This document shows positions 20,999-31,125 of a stretch of 64,000 nucleotides of DNA, piece by piece. Below the pieces are notes generated by a model. The model searched no databases. It was given only the letters and a program-made list of their open reading frames with translations, and had not been told where the DNA came from. The first letter of the stretch is position 1. Every line of letters begins with the position of its first letter. The position numbers and the translations under genes were made by a program. This DNA comes from an uncultured Alphaproteobacteria bacterium (GTDB lineage: Bacteria; Pseudomonadota; Alphaproteobacteria; Rhizobiales; Rhizobiaceae): contig CAVXEW010000007.1 of assembly GCA_963760965.1 (NCBI GenBank), positions 446,483-510,482 on the forward strand, in the 5' to 3' direction.

Positions 20999-21837
20999 AT
21001 GGCCGAACCGAGAACGATCGTCGTAACCGGCTGCTCGTCGGGCATCGGCGCCATTGTGCGCGCGCCGGCTGGCCGCCGACGGCTGGCGGGTCTTCGCCAC
21101 GGCGCGCACGCCGCGAGGACATCCGGGCGCCTGGAGGAGGACGGTCTCGAGGCCTTCTACCTCGACTACCGTGAGGCCGACAGCATCGCCGCCCTTGCGA
21201 ACGCAGTCCTCGAGCGAACGGGCGGCTGCCTGGACGCGCTCTTCAACAACGGCTCGCACGGGCAGGCCGGCGCCGTCGAGGACCTGCCGGTCAGAGGCGC
21301 TGCGCGAGCAGCTCGAGGTTACCGTCGTCGGCTGGCACGACCTCACCCGCCGCTTCATCCCGGCAATGCGGCGACAGGGTCACGGCCGCATCGTGCAGTG
21401 CTCCTCGATCCTCGGCCTAGTGCCCTATCCCTGGCGCGGCGCCTACAATGCCGCCAAGCACGCGCTCGAGGCGCTGACCCTGACCTTGCGGATGGAACTG
21501 CAAAGGCTCGGGCATCCACGTCAGCCTGATCGAGCCGGGGCCGATCGAATCGCGCTTCACCGCGACCGGGCTCGTTTATTTCCGCAAGTACATCGACGCG
21601 GAGAATTCCGTCCACGCCGAGGAGTACACGCGCCAGGTCGCACGGCTGTCCGCCGGCGGCGTCAAGTCGCGGTTCAAGCTCGGGCCGGAAGCCGTCCACG
21701 CGGTTCTCCTCAAGGCGCTGGAGGCCCCGAACCCGCGCCCGCACTACCTCGTCACCCAGCCGGCCAGGGCAGCAGCCCTGATGAAGCGATTTCTCCCCGC
21801 TGCCGCATTCTACGATTTCCTCGGCCGGAGAGGCTAG
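20999..21837 (+). pseudogene. short-chain dehydrogenase/reductase (SDR) gene with about five +1 frameshifts
   Basis: The gene reads across frames in this order: RTIVVTGCSSGIGA (frame 2), CARRLAADGWRVFATAR (0), REDIR (1), LEEDGLEAFYLDY...GAVEDLPV (2), EALREQLEVTVVGWH...YNAAKHALEALTLTLRMEL (0), KGSGIHVSLIEPGPIESRF...FLGRRG-stop (1). Confidence 0.8.
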
Positions 21838-21902
21838 GGCGATTGTGGAGATTGCGGAACCGCGTGCTATATGCCTCGCAAAATGGAGGGAGCCGGGAGT
21901 TC

Positions 21903-22100
21903 ATGCAGAGCGTATTCTACGTCGCTACCGTGCTGGTCATCGCGGCCGTCGTCATCGTGCTGGTGCGCGGGCTGTGGAACCTGATGAAGGGCGGAGACGC
22001 CAACAAGTCCAACAAACTCATGCAGATGCGCATCCTGCTTCAGTTCATCGCGATCGTGCTGATCGTCATAACGATCCTGCTGGCCAGGGGCGGGCACTGA
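21903..22100 (+). CDS. twin transmembrane helix small protein (HIG1-domain-like)
   Basis: 65 aa: MQSVFYVATVLVIAAVVIVLVRGLWNLMKGGDANKSNKLMQMRILLQFIAIVLIVITILL. Two TM helices with the LMxxRV/I-type linker typical of this alphaproteobacterial family. Confidence 0.7.
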   Translation: MQSVFYVATVLVIAAVVIVLVRGLWNLMKGGDANKSNKLMQMRILLQFIAIVLIVITILLARGGH

Positions 22101-22129
22101 TAGGGAAGGACAGGGAGAAGGAGGAACCG

Positions 22130-22708
22130 ATGGTCGTCCTCAACAAGATCTACACCCGGACGGGCGACGACGGCACGACGGGCCTGTCGAGCGGCGAGCG
22201 CCGACCCAAGTTCGACCTGCGCGTCGCAGCCTACGGAACGGTCGACGAGGCCAATTCCGTCGTCGGCCTTGCACGGCTGCACACTTCCGCAATGCCGGAG
22301 CTCGACGACATGCTCGCCCGCATCCAGAACGACTGCTTCGATCTCGGTGCGGACCTTGCGACGCCGGCGACGGGCAGCGACATGGACCATGAGGCCCTTC
22401 GGGTCACGGACTCCCAGGTGGCCCGGCTCGAAAGCGACATCGACACGCTGAACCGCGAACTGCGGCCGTTGAGGTCCTTCGTCCTGCCGGGTGGCTCGCC
22501 CGCCGCCGCGCACCTCCACCATGCAAGGACAGTCGCAAGGCGCGCCGAGCGCCTGGTCGTCGAACTTGCGGCCCGGCCGGGCGAGATCGTAAGTCCGGCA
22601 GCGCTGCGCTACGTCAATCGCCTTTCCGACATGCTCTTCGTCGCGGCACGTGCGGCGAACGATGCGGGCAAGGCCGACGTGCTCTGGGTACCCGGCGCGA
22701 ACCGCTAG
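22130..22708 (+). CDS. ATP:cob(I)alamin adenosyltransferase, PduO type
   Basis: MVVLNKIYTRTGDDGTTGL... 192 aa. GGAGAAGGAGG RBS upstream. Confidence 0.9.
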   Translation: MVVLNKIYTRTGDDGTTGLSSGERRPKFDLRVAAYGTVDEANSVVGLARLHTSAMPELDDMLARIQNDCFDLGADLATPATGSDMDHEALRVTDSQVARLESDIDTLNRELRPLRSFVLPGGSPAAAHLHHARTVARRAERLVVELAARPGEIVSPAALRYVNRLSDMLFVAARAANDAGKADVLWVPGANR

Positions 22709-22840
22709 TCCCGGTGACGCCGAGATTGAAATTGGAGCAAAAACGCGTATCCATGTCGCCAACCGACAAACGAAGGTGGTCCGCCTGGCGCATTTTCCGC
22801 CGACGGATGAAACTGTGACAGGTCTCAGGAAGGAAAGCCG

Positions 22841-23590
22841 ATGAAGGTTCTGGTCCCCGTCAAGCGGGTGGTCGACTACAACGTCAAGATCCGGGTGAAG
22901 TCGGATGGATCGGGCGTCGAACTCGCCAACGTCAAGATGTCGATGAACCCCTTCGACGAGATAGCTGTGGAAGAGGCGCTGCGCCTGAAGGAAGCAGGCA
23001 AGGTCGAGGAAGTGATCGCGGTTTCCGTTGGTCCGGCCAAGGCCGAGGAGACGATCCGCACCGCGCTCGCCATGGGCGCCGACCGCGGCATCCTGGTGGA
23101 GACGGACGACGTCGCCGAGCCGCTCGCCGTGGCGAAGATCCTGAAAGGCATCGTCGAGGCGGAGAGCCCGGACCTCGTCATCCTCGGCAAGCAGGCGATC
23201 GACGACGACTGCAACCAGACCGGCCAGATGCTTTCGGCGCTGCTTGGCTGGAGCCAGGGCACCTTCGCCTCGAAGGTCGAACTCGGCGACGGCAAGGCGA
23301 CGGTCACCCGCGAGGTAGACGGCGGCCTGCAGACCGTGGAGATCAGGATGCCGGCGATCGTCACCACCGACCTGCGCCTGAACCAGCCGCGCTACGCCTC
23401 CCTGCCGAACATCATGAAGGCAAAGAAGAAGCCGCTCGACAAGAAGACTGCGGCGGACTTCGGCGTCGACACCGGCCCGCGCCTGCAGGTCCTCAAGACC
23501 GAGGAGCCGGAAGGCCGCAAGGCCGGCGTCAAGGTAGGCTCGGTCGCCGAACTGGTCGACAAGCTGAAGAACGAAGCCGGCGTTCTCTGA
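22841..23590 (+). CDS. etfB: electron transfer flavoprotein subunit beta
   Basis: [46 protein letters not shown]... 249 aa, full-length EtfB pattern. Confidence 0.95.
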   Translation: MKVLVPVKRVVDYNVKIRVKSDGSGVELANVKMSMNPFDEIAVEEALRLKEAGKVEEVIAVSVGPAKAEETIRTALAMGADRGILVETDDVAEPLAVAKILKGIVEAESPDLVILGKQAIDDDCNQTGQMLSALLGWSQGTFASKVELGDGKATVTREVDGGLQTVEIRMPAIVTTDLRLNQPRYASLPNIMKAKKKPLDKKTAADFGVDTGPRLQVLKTEEPEGRKAGVKVGSVAELVDKLKNEAGVL

Positions 23591-23680
23591 GACGCACGCC
23601 CCCGAGAAGTGGGAACCGGATTTCGGACATGGCGCCTGCGCCATTCTGACGGCCGGACAGGCAGAAAGGGATTTACGACA

Positions 23681-24610
23681 ATGACAACTCTTCTTGTTGC
23701 CGATCACGACAACGCCTCGCTCTCCGAGCAGACCGCCAAGGCGCTGACCGCCGCGAAGGAACTGGGCAGCGACGTCCACGTGCTCGTCGCCGGCAAGAAT
23801 GCCGGGCCGGCCGCCGAGGCGGCTGCGAAGCTGGACGGCGTCGCCCGGGTGCTGCTGGCGGAAGCGGACGCGCTGGAGCACCGTCTCGCCGAGCCGACGG
23901 CGGCGCTGATCGTCTCGCTCGCCGGCGACTACGACGCGATCGTTGCGGCCGCGACCACCGTCGGCAAGAACATCATGCCGCGGGTTGCGGCCCTGCTCGA
24001 CGTGATGCAGGTCTCCGACATCGTCGAAGTGGTCGACGCCTCGACCTTCAAGCGGCCGATCTATGCCGGAAATGCCATCCAGACTGTGAAGTCTGACGAG
24101 GCCAAGAAGGTGATCACGGTGCGGACCGCCTCCTTCTCCGCAGCCGGCGAGGGTGGATCTGCTGCGATCGAGGACGTGAAGGCGGCGGAGGATCCCGGCC
24201 TTTCGACCTTCATCGGGGACAGGCTCTCCGAAAGTGACCGCCCCGAGCTGACCGCGGCGAAGATAATAATCTCCGGCGGCCGCGCGCTCGGCTCGAAAGA
24301 GAAGTTCGAGGAAGTCATCATCCCCGTCGCCGACAGGCTCGGGGCCGCCATCGGCGCTTCCCGCGCGGCGGTCGACGCCGGCTACGCACCGAACGACTGG
24401 CAGGTCGGCCAGACCGGCAAGGTGGTCGCCCCCGACCTCTACATCGCCTGCGGCATCTCCGGAGCGATCCAGCACCTCGCGGGCATGAAGGACTCCAAGG
24501 TCATCGTCGCCATCAACAAGGACGAGGAGGCACCGATCTTCCAGGTCGCCGACTACGGCCTCGTCGCCGATCTCTTCGAGGCCCTGCCGGAACTGCAGAA
24601 GGCGCTTTGA
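23681..24610 (+). CDS. etfA: electron transfer flavoprotein subunit alpha
   Basis: [25 protein letters not shown]... and the C-terminal FAD-binding region [35 protein letters not shown]. Confidence 0.95.
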   Translation: MTTLLVADHDNASLSEQTAKALTAAKELGSDVHVLVAGKNAGPAAEAAAKLDGVARVLLAEADALEHRLAEPTAALIVSLAGDYDAIVAAATTVGKNIMPRVAALLDVMQVSDIVEVVDASTFKRPIYAGNAIQTVKSDEAKKVITVRTASFSAAGEGGSAAIEDVKAAEDPGLSTFIGDRLSESDRPELTAAKIIISGGRALGSKEKFEEVIIPVADRLGAAIGASRAAVDAGYAPNDWQVGQTGKVVAPDLYIACGISGAIQHLAGMKDSKVIVAINKDEEAPIFQVADYGLVADLFEALPELQKAL

Positions 24611-24864
24611 GGCGCGGTCCTGCCCCCCTGCAGGCACGGGCGCCATTGCTGTTTCGGGCATCGGCCTCCCGGCATGCCGGGCAAGGGCTGCGTCACGCTC
24701 TCCAAGGATCTGCTCGGCGGCACCGGCCGGAATCGCCGGCCTTTCGAAGCCCTTCGCGTCTGCAGCAATCGGGGCTGGACCAAACGAACCGGCACGATTA
24801 GGGTCACACGTCGATCCGGCCGGCGGCCGTTGCCGGAAATCCACTCGTTGCCACGGAAGGCGTC

Positions 24865-25746
24865 ATGGGAAATTCGATCAGGAGCGTTGGCATCATCGGC
24901 GCGGGACAGATGGGCTGCGGCATCGCCCATGTCTGCGCCATGGCTGGCTATGTCGTGTCGGTCTACGACGTCAACCTCGAGCGAATACAGGAAGGCCTCG
25001 CGACCATCAGCGGCAACATGGCGCGCCAGGTTTCCTCGGGCAAGATGGCCGAGGCGGAGCGGGCTTCCGCCCTCGACCGCATCTCGCCGGCCGAGGACAT
25101 CAAGGATCTCGCCGCCATGGATCTCGTGATCGAGGCAGCGACCGAGGACGAGACGATAAAGCGCAAGATCTATGCACAGATCTGCCCGGTGCTGAACCCG
25201 GAGGCGATCCTGGCGACGAACACGTCGTCGCTCTCGATTACGCGGCTCGCCTCGGCCACCGACCGGCCCGAACGCTTCATAGGCATCCACTTCATGAACC
25301 CGGTGCCGGTCATGAAGCTCGTCGAGATCGTGCGCGGCATCGCAACCGAGGACACGACGTTCAGCCTCGCCAAGGAATTCGTCTCTTCGCTCGACAAGAC
25401 GATCACGGTAGCCGAGGATTTCCCGGCCTTCATCGTCAACCGCATCCTCCTGCCGATGATCAACGAGGCCATCTATACGCTCTACGAGGGCGTCGGCAGC
25501 GTCGATGCGATCGACACCGCGATGCGGCTCGGCGCCAATCATCCCATGGGGCCATTGCAGCTTGCCGACTTCATCGGCCTCGACACCTGCCTGTCTATCA
25601 TGCAGGTTCTCTATGACGGGCTTGCAGACTCGAAGTACAGGCCCTGCCCGCTGCTGGTGAAGTATGTCGAGGCAGGCTGGCTCGGCCGGAAGGCCGGCCG
25701 CGGCTTCTACGACTATCGCGGCGAGACACCCGTCCCCACCCGCTGA
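24865..25746 (+). CDS. 3-hydroxybutyryl-CoA / 3-hydroxyacyl-CoA dehydrogenase
   Basis: NAD fold IGAGQMGCGIA and the HFMNPVPVMKLVEIV motif. 293 aa. Confidence 0.93.
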   Translation: MGNSIRSVGIIGAGQMGCGIAHVCAMAGYVVSVYDVNLERIQEGLATISGNMARQVSSGKMAEAERASALDRISPAEDIKDLAAMDLVIEAATEDETIKRKIYAQICPVLNPEAILATNTSSLSITRLASATDRPERFIGIHFMNPVPVMKLVEIVRGIATEDTTFSLAKEFVSSLDKTITVAEDFPAFIVNRILLPMINEAIYTLYEGVGSVDAIDTAMRLGANHPMGPLQLADFIGLDTCLSIMQVLYDGLADSKYRPCPLLVKYVEAGWLGRKAGRGFYDYRGETPVPTR

Positions 25747-25846
25747 CCGCGTCATATCGAACCGATCGTTCCGATTAGCCATTGAAATCCCCGGGAAAGC
25801 GCTATCTGCGTGTTGCAGTGCAAGCTAGCGAACCCCGGACGAGATC

Positions 25847-27097
25847 GTGAAGAACCCGGAATATGACGAGGACGACACCCGCGTCGCGGAGCGCCAGCCC
25901 GAGGCCGGAACAGAGACCCGGGCGGACGCCTCGCCCTCCGCGGAGAGGGCGCGCGGCGACGGGCCGGCGGCCGAGGAGCCGAAGCGAAACATCGACGAGC
26001 AGCGCCAATCCCCCGAGGCTGGCGAAACCTCCGCGGAGCCTCGACAGCCGTCGCAGAGAAAGCGGAGGTCAGTGTTCCGCCGCCCGCTGTTCTGGATATT
26101 CCTCATCGCCGCAATCATCGGCGTCGTTTCCGCCGTTCTCTACTGGTGGTTCGAGAAGCGCCCGTTCGAGACGACCGACGACGCCTTCATCGCCGCCGAC
26201 ATCGTTCAGGTTTCCCCGCAAGTCTCCGGACAGATCGTCGCGGCACCAGTAGAGAACAACAGCCAGGTCAAGGCTGGAGACGTGCTGGCGCGCATCGATC
26301 AGGCCTCGGCCAAGGCGAGCCTCGCTGCGGCCAGGGCCCAGTTGGAGCAGGCGCGGGCCGGCTTGAAGGAGGCACAGGTCGGCGTGACCCAGGCCAGGAA
26401 CCAGGAGGGCGAGGCCGAAGCGAAGCGCAGCGCGCTGGAAGTCACCTCGCAAAACGACCAGGATACCCTCGCGCGTGACCTCAAACTGCAGAAGTCGAGT
26501 TCCAGCCCGATCACGCAGAAGCAGATAGACAACGACCGCGCCGCCGCGCGCGCCGCCGAGGCGCAGGCCGAAGCCGGCCGGCGCGCGGTCACGACGGCCA
26601 GGACCGCCATCGACGTCGCACAGGCCAAGGTGGCCTCGGCACAGGCCTCCGTCGATACCGCGCAGAGCAAGGTGCAGACAGCGCGGATCGACCTCGACCA
26701 CACCACCATTTCCGCGCCGATCGCCGGACAGATCGTGCAGAAGAACATCAATGTCGGCTCGTTCGTCACGCAGGGCCAGCCGATGATGGCGCTGGTTCCC
26801 GGCGAACTCTACGTGACCGCTAATTTCAAGGAGACGCAGCTGTCCGACATAAGGATCGGCCAGCCGGTCCACCTCCGTGTCGACGCCTTCCCGAATGTCG
26901 ACTTCCACGGCAAGGTGGTCTCCATCCAGCACGGTGCCGGCCAGGCCTTCCAGTTGCTCCCGCCGCAGAACGCGACAGGGAACTACGTCAAGGTCGTCCA
27001 GCGCGTGCCCGTGCGCATCTCGATCGATGCGAAGGACATGCAGAAATATCCCCTTGGCCCGGGCATGTCGGTCGTCCCGAGCATCAAGGTGCGCTAG
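25847..27097 (+). CDS. HlyD family secretion (membrane fusion) protein, EmrA-like
   Basis: TM anchor then TDDAFIAADIVQVSPQVSGQI, coiled-coil region and C-terminal beta-barrel motifs (NATGNYVKVVQRVPVRI). GTG start. About 85-aa charged N-terminal extension. Confidence 0.85.
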   Translation: MKNPEYDEDDTRVAERQPEAGTETRADASPSAERARGDGPAAEEPKRNIDEQRQSPEAGETSAEPRQPSQRKRRSVFRRPLFWIFLIAAIIGVVSAVLYWWFEKRPFETTDDAFIAADIVQVSPQVSGQIVAAPVENNSQVKAGDVLARIDQASAKASLAAARAQLEQARAGLKEAQVGVTQARNQEGEAEAKRSALEVTSQNDQDTLARDLKLQKSSSSPITQKQIDNDRAAARAAEAQAEAGRRAVTTARTAIDVAQAKVASAQASVDTAQSKVQTARIDLDHTTISAPIAGQIVQKNINVGSFVTQGQPMMALVPGELYVTANFKETQLSDIRIGQPVHLRVDAFPNVDFHGKVVSIQHGAGQAFQLLPPQNATGNYVKVVQRVPVRISIDAKDMQKYPLGPGMSVVPSIKVR

Positions 27098-27099
27098 CG

Positions 27100-28665
27100 A
27101 TGGCGGGGAGCCCGCCGGCATGGGACGCGAGTCGCTCGGCCGCCGGGTCCGGCGGACCCTGGATCATGACCTGGGTGGTGTCGATCGCCACTTTCATGGA
27201 GATCCTCGACACCTCGATCGCCAACGTCTCCCTCTCCAATATCGCAGGCAATCTCGGCGTTTCGCCGGATCAGGCGACCTGGATGATCACCACCTATCTG
27301 GTGGCGAACGCCATCATCATCCCGATCAGCGGGTTCCTCTCGCGTGCCATTGGCCGCAAGCGCTACTTCATGATCTCGATCGCCTTGTTCACGGGCTCAT
27401 CCCTGATGTGCGCCGTAGCACCGAACCTCGGCTTCCTCATAGTCGCCCGCGCCTTTCAGGGTGTCGGCGGCGGCGGCCTCGCTCCGGTCGAGCAGTCGAT
27501 GGTCACCGACAGCTTCCCCCCGCAAAAGCGCGGTCAGGCCTTCGCGGCCTTCGGTCTCGTCGTGGTGGTGGCCCCGATCATCGGCCCGACCATCGGCGGC
27601 TGGATCACCGACACCATCTCCTGGCACTGGATATTCCTGCTCAACGTGCCGGTCGGCATTCTCGCGCTGTTTCTCGTGTCGATCCTGACCGTCGAGGCGC
27701 CGGTACTCGTGCGCGAGCGGGAGGACCGGCTCCGGCGCGGTCTCAGGGTCGACTATGTCGGCTTCCTTCTTGCTGCTATCGGGCTCGCCGGACTTCTGAT
27801 CACGCTCGATCGCGGCCAGACGGAAGGCTGGTTCGACAGCAACCTGATCGTCACGACGACCGCCATGGCGGTCGTCGGCCTTGGCGCCATGATCGCCTGG
27901 GAAAGCATGCACGACGATCCGATCGTGCCTCTTCCTCTCCTGAGGATACCGAATCTCGCGATCTCGACGGCGATGATGATGCTCCTTGGAATGCTCGTCT
28001 TCGGCACGATCGAGATCATTCCCCAGATGCTGCAGCAGGTCTTCCACTACACCGCCTATCAGGCCGGGCTGGCACTGACGATCGGCGGCGCCATCTCGAT
28101 CGTCATGATGCCCCTGACGGGGCTGCTGACATCGAAGGTCGACGCCCGGCTCCTGATATTCCCGGCCTTCGCCATGCAGGCCTTCGCATTCTGGCATTTC
28201 AGCAACTTCTCCACCCAGAGCACTTTCTGGGATGCCACGCTGGGGCGCTTCTACATGTCGGTGGCGCTTCCCTTCCTGTTCATCCCGGTCAATACCGTGG
28301 CCTATGTCGGGCTGCCGCCGGGGGAATCGGACAAGGCCTCGGCCATGCTGAACTTCTTCCGCAACCTCGGCGGTGCCTTCGGCATCTCGCTCTCGCAGAC
28401 GCTGCTCGTGCGCCGGGACCAGTTCCACCAGTGGCGGATCACCGGGCGCCTGAACCCGCTCAACCCGATCTACGAGCACGGGATTCACAGGCTGACCGAG
28501 ATCTTCGGCAGCAAGCAGGCCGCGCTCGGCATCCTTTACCAGGAGGCCCAGCGCCAGGCGACGATGCTCGGCTATATCGATGTCTACTACGTCCTGATGT
28601 GGGGCGTCGTCGTCGTCCTGCCCTTCATTCCCTTCCTCAAGACCGCCCACGGGGGACGGCACTGA
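27100..28665 (+). CDS. MFS drug efflux transporter, DHA2 (EmrB/QacA) family
   Basis: 14-TM pattern. FMEILDTSIANVSLSNIAGNLG near the N-terminus. Immediately follows the HlyD gene. Confidence 0.9.
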   Translation: MAGSPPAWDASRSAAGSGGPWIMTWVVSIATFMEILDTSIANVSLSNIAGNLGVSPDQATWMITTYLVANAIIIPISGFLSRAIGRKRYFMISIALFTGSSLMCAVAPNLGFLIVARAFQGVGGGGLAPVEQSMVTDSFPPQKRGQAFAAFGLVVVVAPIIGPTIGGWITDTISWHWIFLLNVPVGILALFLVSILTVEAPVLVREREDRLRRGLRVDYVGFLLAAIGLAGLLITLDRGQTEGWFDSNLIVTTTAMAVVGLGAMIAWESMHDDPIVPLPLLRIPNLAISTAMMMLLGMLVFGTIEIIPQMLQQVFHYTAYQAGLALTIGGAISIVMMPLTGLLTSKVDARLLIFPAFAMQAFAFWHFSNFSTQSTFWDATLGRFYMSVALPFLFIPVNTVAYVGLPPGESDKASAMLNFFRNLGGAFGISLSQTLLVRRDQFHQWRITGRLNPLNPIYEHGIHRLTEIFGSKQAALGILYQEAQRQATMLGYIDVYYVLMWGVVVVLPFIPFLKTAHGGRH

Positions 28666-28671
28666 AACCGG

Positions 28672-29397
28672 TCAGGTCGGGTTCGGGCCCTTGGATTCGC
28701 GCGCCTGATGACCAACGGCGGCGTCGACGAGCTTGAGCGCCTCCGGCCCGTCCCATTCCGCCGGCCCGTTCATCGCCGCCAGCAGGCAGCCGTCCTCGCC
28801 GACCAGCAGCGTCACCGGAAGACCGAACGCCAGTCCCTCCTTCTTCAGATCATGGAACACGGCCATGGTCGGGTCGCGATGCAGGGCGACATGGCTCGCG
28901 CCGATCTGGTCGAGGAACTTCACCGGCTTCTGCGGGTCCCCGGTGTCGATGTTGATGGCCACCACCTGGAAATCGGATCCGCCGCGCTTCTGCTCGAGGC
29001 GGTCGAGCGTCGGCATTTCCTGCCGGCACGGCACGCACCACGTCGCCCATACGTTCACGAGCAGCGTCTTCCCTGCATAGTCGGCAAGCGTCATCGACTT
29101 GCCGGCAGCATTCTTGAAGGCGAGCCGGCGCAACTGGCGCGGAGCCTCTTCTGGCGTCATCGCCGCGACAGCGCCGACGGCATAGGACTTCAGCGACGCG
29201 GCAACGGCCTTCGCCCCCTTGCAGCCGGGAGCGGCGGCTGCCGGGGCCGCCGGCACGGCGGAGGCCTCCTGCGGCGGCGCATTGCCAGACCCACCGAGTT
29301 TCACGTATACCGCCCCGGCACCGGCGACGATCCCGAGGGCGATGGCAACTGCCACCAGCTTCGACGTCGGGATCCGGTGCGGTATCTGGTCTTTCAT
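28672..29397 (-). CDS. tlpA: thiol:disulfide interchange protein, TlpA-like thioredoxin family
   Basis: N-terminal anchor and active site [13 protein letters not shown]. Divergent from argH, as is common in Rhizobiales. Confidence 0.85.
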   Translation of the reverse strand: MKDQIPHRIPTSKLVAVAIALGIVAGAGAVYVKLGGSGNAPPQEASAVPAAPAAAAPGCKGAKAVAASLKSYAVGAVAAMTPEEAPRQLRRLAFKNAAGKSMTLADYAGKTLLVNVWATWCVPCRQEMPTLDRLEQKRGGSDFQVVAINIDTGDPQKPVKFLDQIGASHVALHRDPTMAVFHDLKKEGLAFGLPVTLLVGEDGCLLAAMNGPAEWDGPEALKLVDAAVGHQARESKGPNPT

Positions 29398-29424
29398 TCC
29401 ATCCTCTCCGGGGTCTTCGGCACA

Positions 29425-30825
29425 ATGTCCGGCAAGAAGTCAGAAAACGCATCCAACCAGATGTGGGGCGGGCGCTTCGCCTCGGGCCCCGCGGCGATCA
29501 TGGAAGAGATCAACGCCTCCATCGATTTCGACCGCAGGCTCTATGCCGAGGACATCGCCGGCTCCATTGCACATGCCGCCATGCTTGCCAAGTCTGGCAT
29601 AATCACGGCGGAGGATCGCGACACGATCACGCACGGGCTGAACACGATCCTGTCAGAGATCGAGGGCGGCAGCTTCGAGTTTTCCAGGCGGCTCGAGGAC
29701 ATTCACATGAACGTCGAGGCGCGGCTGGCCGAGCTGATCGGACCGGCGGCAGGTCGCCTGCATACCGCCCGCTCGCGAAACGACCAGGTCGCCGTCGATT
29801 TCCGGCTCTGGGTCAAGCGCGAACTGGAGAGGACCGAGGCCGCACTTGCCGGATTGCTCTCCGCCTTTCTCGACCGCGCCGGCGAGCACGCAGCGACGGT
29901 CATGCCGGGCTTCACCCATCTCCAGACCGCCCAGCCCGTCACCTTCGGCCATCACTGCATGGCCTATGTCGAGATGTTCGGCCGGGACCGTTCGCGCGTC
30001 CGCGACTGCATCGCCCGCATGGACGAATCGCCCCTCGGAGCGGCGGCCCTCGCCGGCACCGGCTTCGCGATCGATCGCCGCATGACGGCGGAAGCGCTCG
30101 GCTTTCGCGAACCGACACGGAACTCGATCGACTCGGTCTCGGACCGCGACTTCGCGCTGGAATACCTGTCGATCGCAGCGATCTGCGCAACGCATCTCTC
30201 CCGCCTGGCCGAGGAGATCGTGATATGGTCTACGCCGCAATTCGCATTTGTCAGGCTTTCGGACGCCTTCTCGACCGGTTCCTCCATCATGCCACAGAAG
30301 AAGAACCCGGACGCCGCTGAGCTGGTGCGCGCCAAGAGCGGACGCATCAACGGCTCGCTCGTGGCGCTGCTCACCGTCATGAAGGGCCTGCCGCTCGCCT
30401 ACTCCAAGGACATGCAGGAAGACAAGGAGCAGGTCTTCGACGCGGCCGAGAGCCTGGAACTGGCGCTTGCTGCGATGACCGGCATGGTGAGCGACCTGAC
30501 GGTCGACGCCGAAGCGATGCGGCGCGCGGCGGGCTCCGGCTACTCGACGGCGACCGACCTGGCCGACTGGCTGGTGCGGGAGGCAAACCTGCCGTTTCGC
30601 GAGGCCCATCACGCGACCGGCGCCGCCGTCGCGCTTGCGGAGAACAAGGGCTGCGACCTCGCCGACCTGCCGCTTGCCGACCTCCGGACGATCAACCCTG
30701 CGATCACGCAGGCGGTCTACGACGTGCTGACGGTCGATGCCTCCGTCGCCAGCCGCCGCAGCTTCGGCGGCACCGCGCCCGAGGAAGTTCGAAGACAGGT
30801 CGCCTGGTGGCGCGAACGCCTGTAG
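29425..30825 (+). CDS. argH: argininosuccinate lyase
   Basis: [36 protein letters not shown]... and the lyase signature [15 protein letters not shown]. 466 aa. Confidence 0.97.
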   Translation: MSGKKSENASNQMWGGRFASGPAAIMEEINASIDFDRRLYAEDIAGSIAHAAMLAKSGIITAEDRDTITHGLNTILSEIEGGSFEFSRRLEDIHMNVEARLAELIGPAAGRLHTARSRNDQVAVDFRLWVKRELERTEAALAGLLSAFLDRAGEHAATVMPGFTHLQTAQPVTFGHHCMAYVEMFGRDRSRVRDCIARMDESPLGAAALAGTGFAIDRRMTAEALGFREPTRNSIDSVSDRDFALEYLSIAAICATHLSRLAEEIVIWSTPQFAFVRLSDAFSTGSSIMPQKKNPDAAELVRAKSGRINGSLVALLTVMKGLPLAYSKDMQEDKEQVFDAAESLELALAAMTGMVSDLTVDAEAMRRAAGSGYSTATDLADWLVREANLPFREAHHATGAAVALAENKGCDLADLPLADLRTINPAITQAVYDVLTVDASVASRRSFGGTAPEEVRRQVAWWRERL

Positions 30826-30929
30826 GCGCGCCCTTGGATCGAACAGGGTGCACAAGCGCGGCGAACTCCGCTAAGAGTGGAGCGCCGCTTTGGCCCCGGG
30901 CACGGAACGAGGCAACGGAGACGTCCGGA

Positions 30930-31118
30930 ATGACCGCCACAAGAACCATCGCATTGCTGGTCGTCGCGCTAGCCGGCGCCACCGCGCTCTCGGCTTGCGG
31001 GCGCAAGGGGCCGAACTACGTTCCCGGCGTCTACGACCAGAACGGCAAGCCCGTGAACACCACCGCACAACCGCCGGTCAAGGACCGGCACTTCATCCTC
31101 GATCCGCTGATCCAGTAG
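30930..31118 (+). CDS. small lipoprotein (conserved argH-lysA spacer gene)
   Basis: 62 aa. Lipobox ALSAC after MTATRTIALLVVALAGAT. Confidence 0.6.
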   Translation: MTATRTIALLVVALAGATALSACGRKGPNYVPGVYDQNGKPVNTTAQPPVKDRHFILDPLIQ

Positions 31119-31125
31119 AACCACC

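Noticed and set aside
24611-24864. 254-bp etfA-hbd spacer with a perfect 14-nt palindrome (CCCGGCATGCCGGG, 24668-24681) and a GGCCGG/CCGGCC hairpin followed by TTT (24725-24744). Considered as a REP-like element, sRNA or terminator.
   Set aside because: The stems are short (5-6 bp) in very GC-rich DNA. I noticed no second copy elsewhere in the window, and I recognised no RNA family. Insufficient evidence without a covariance or repeat search.
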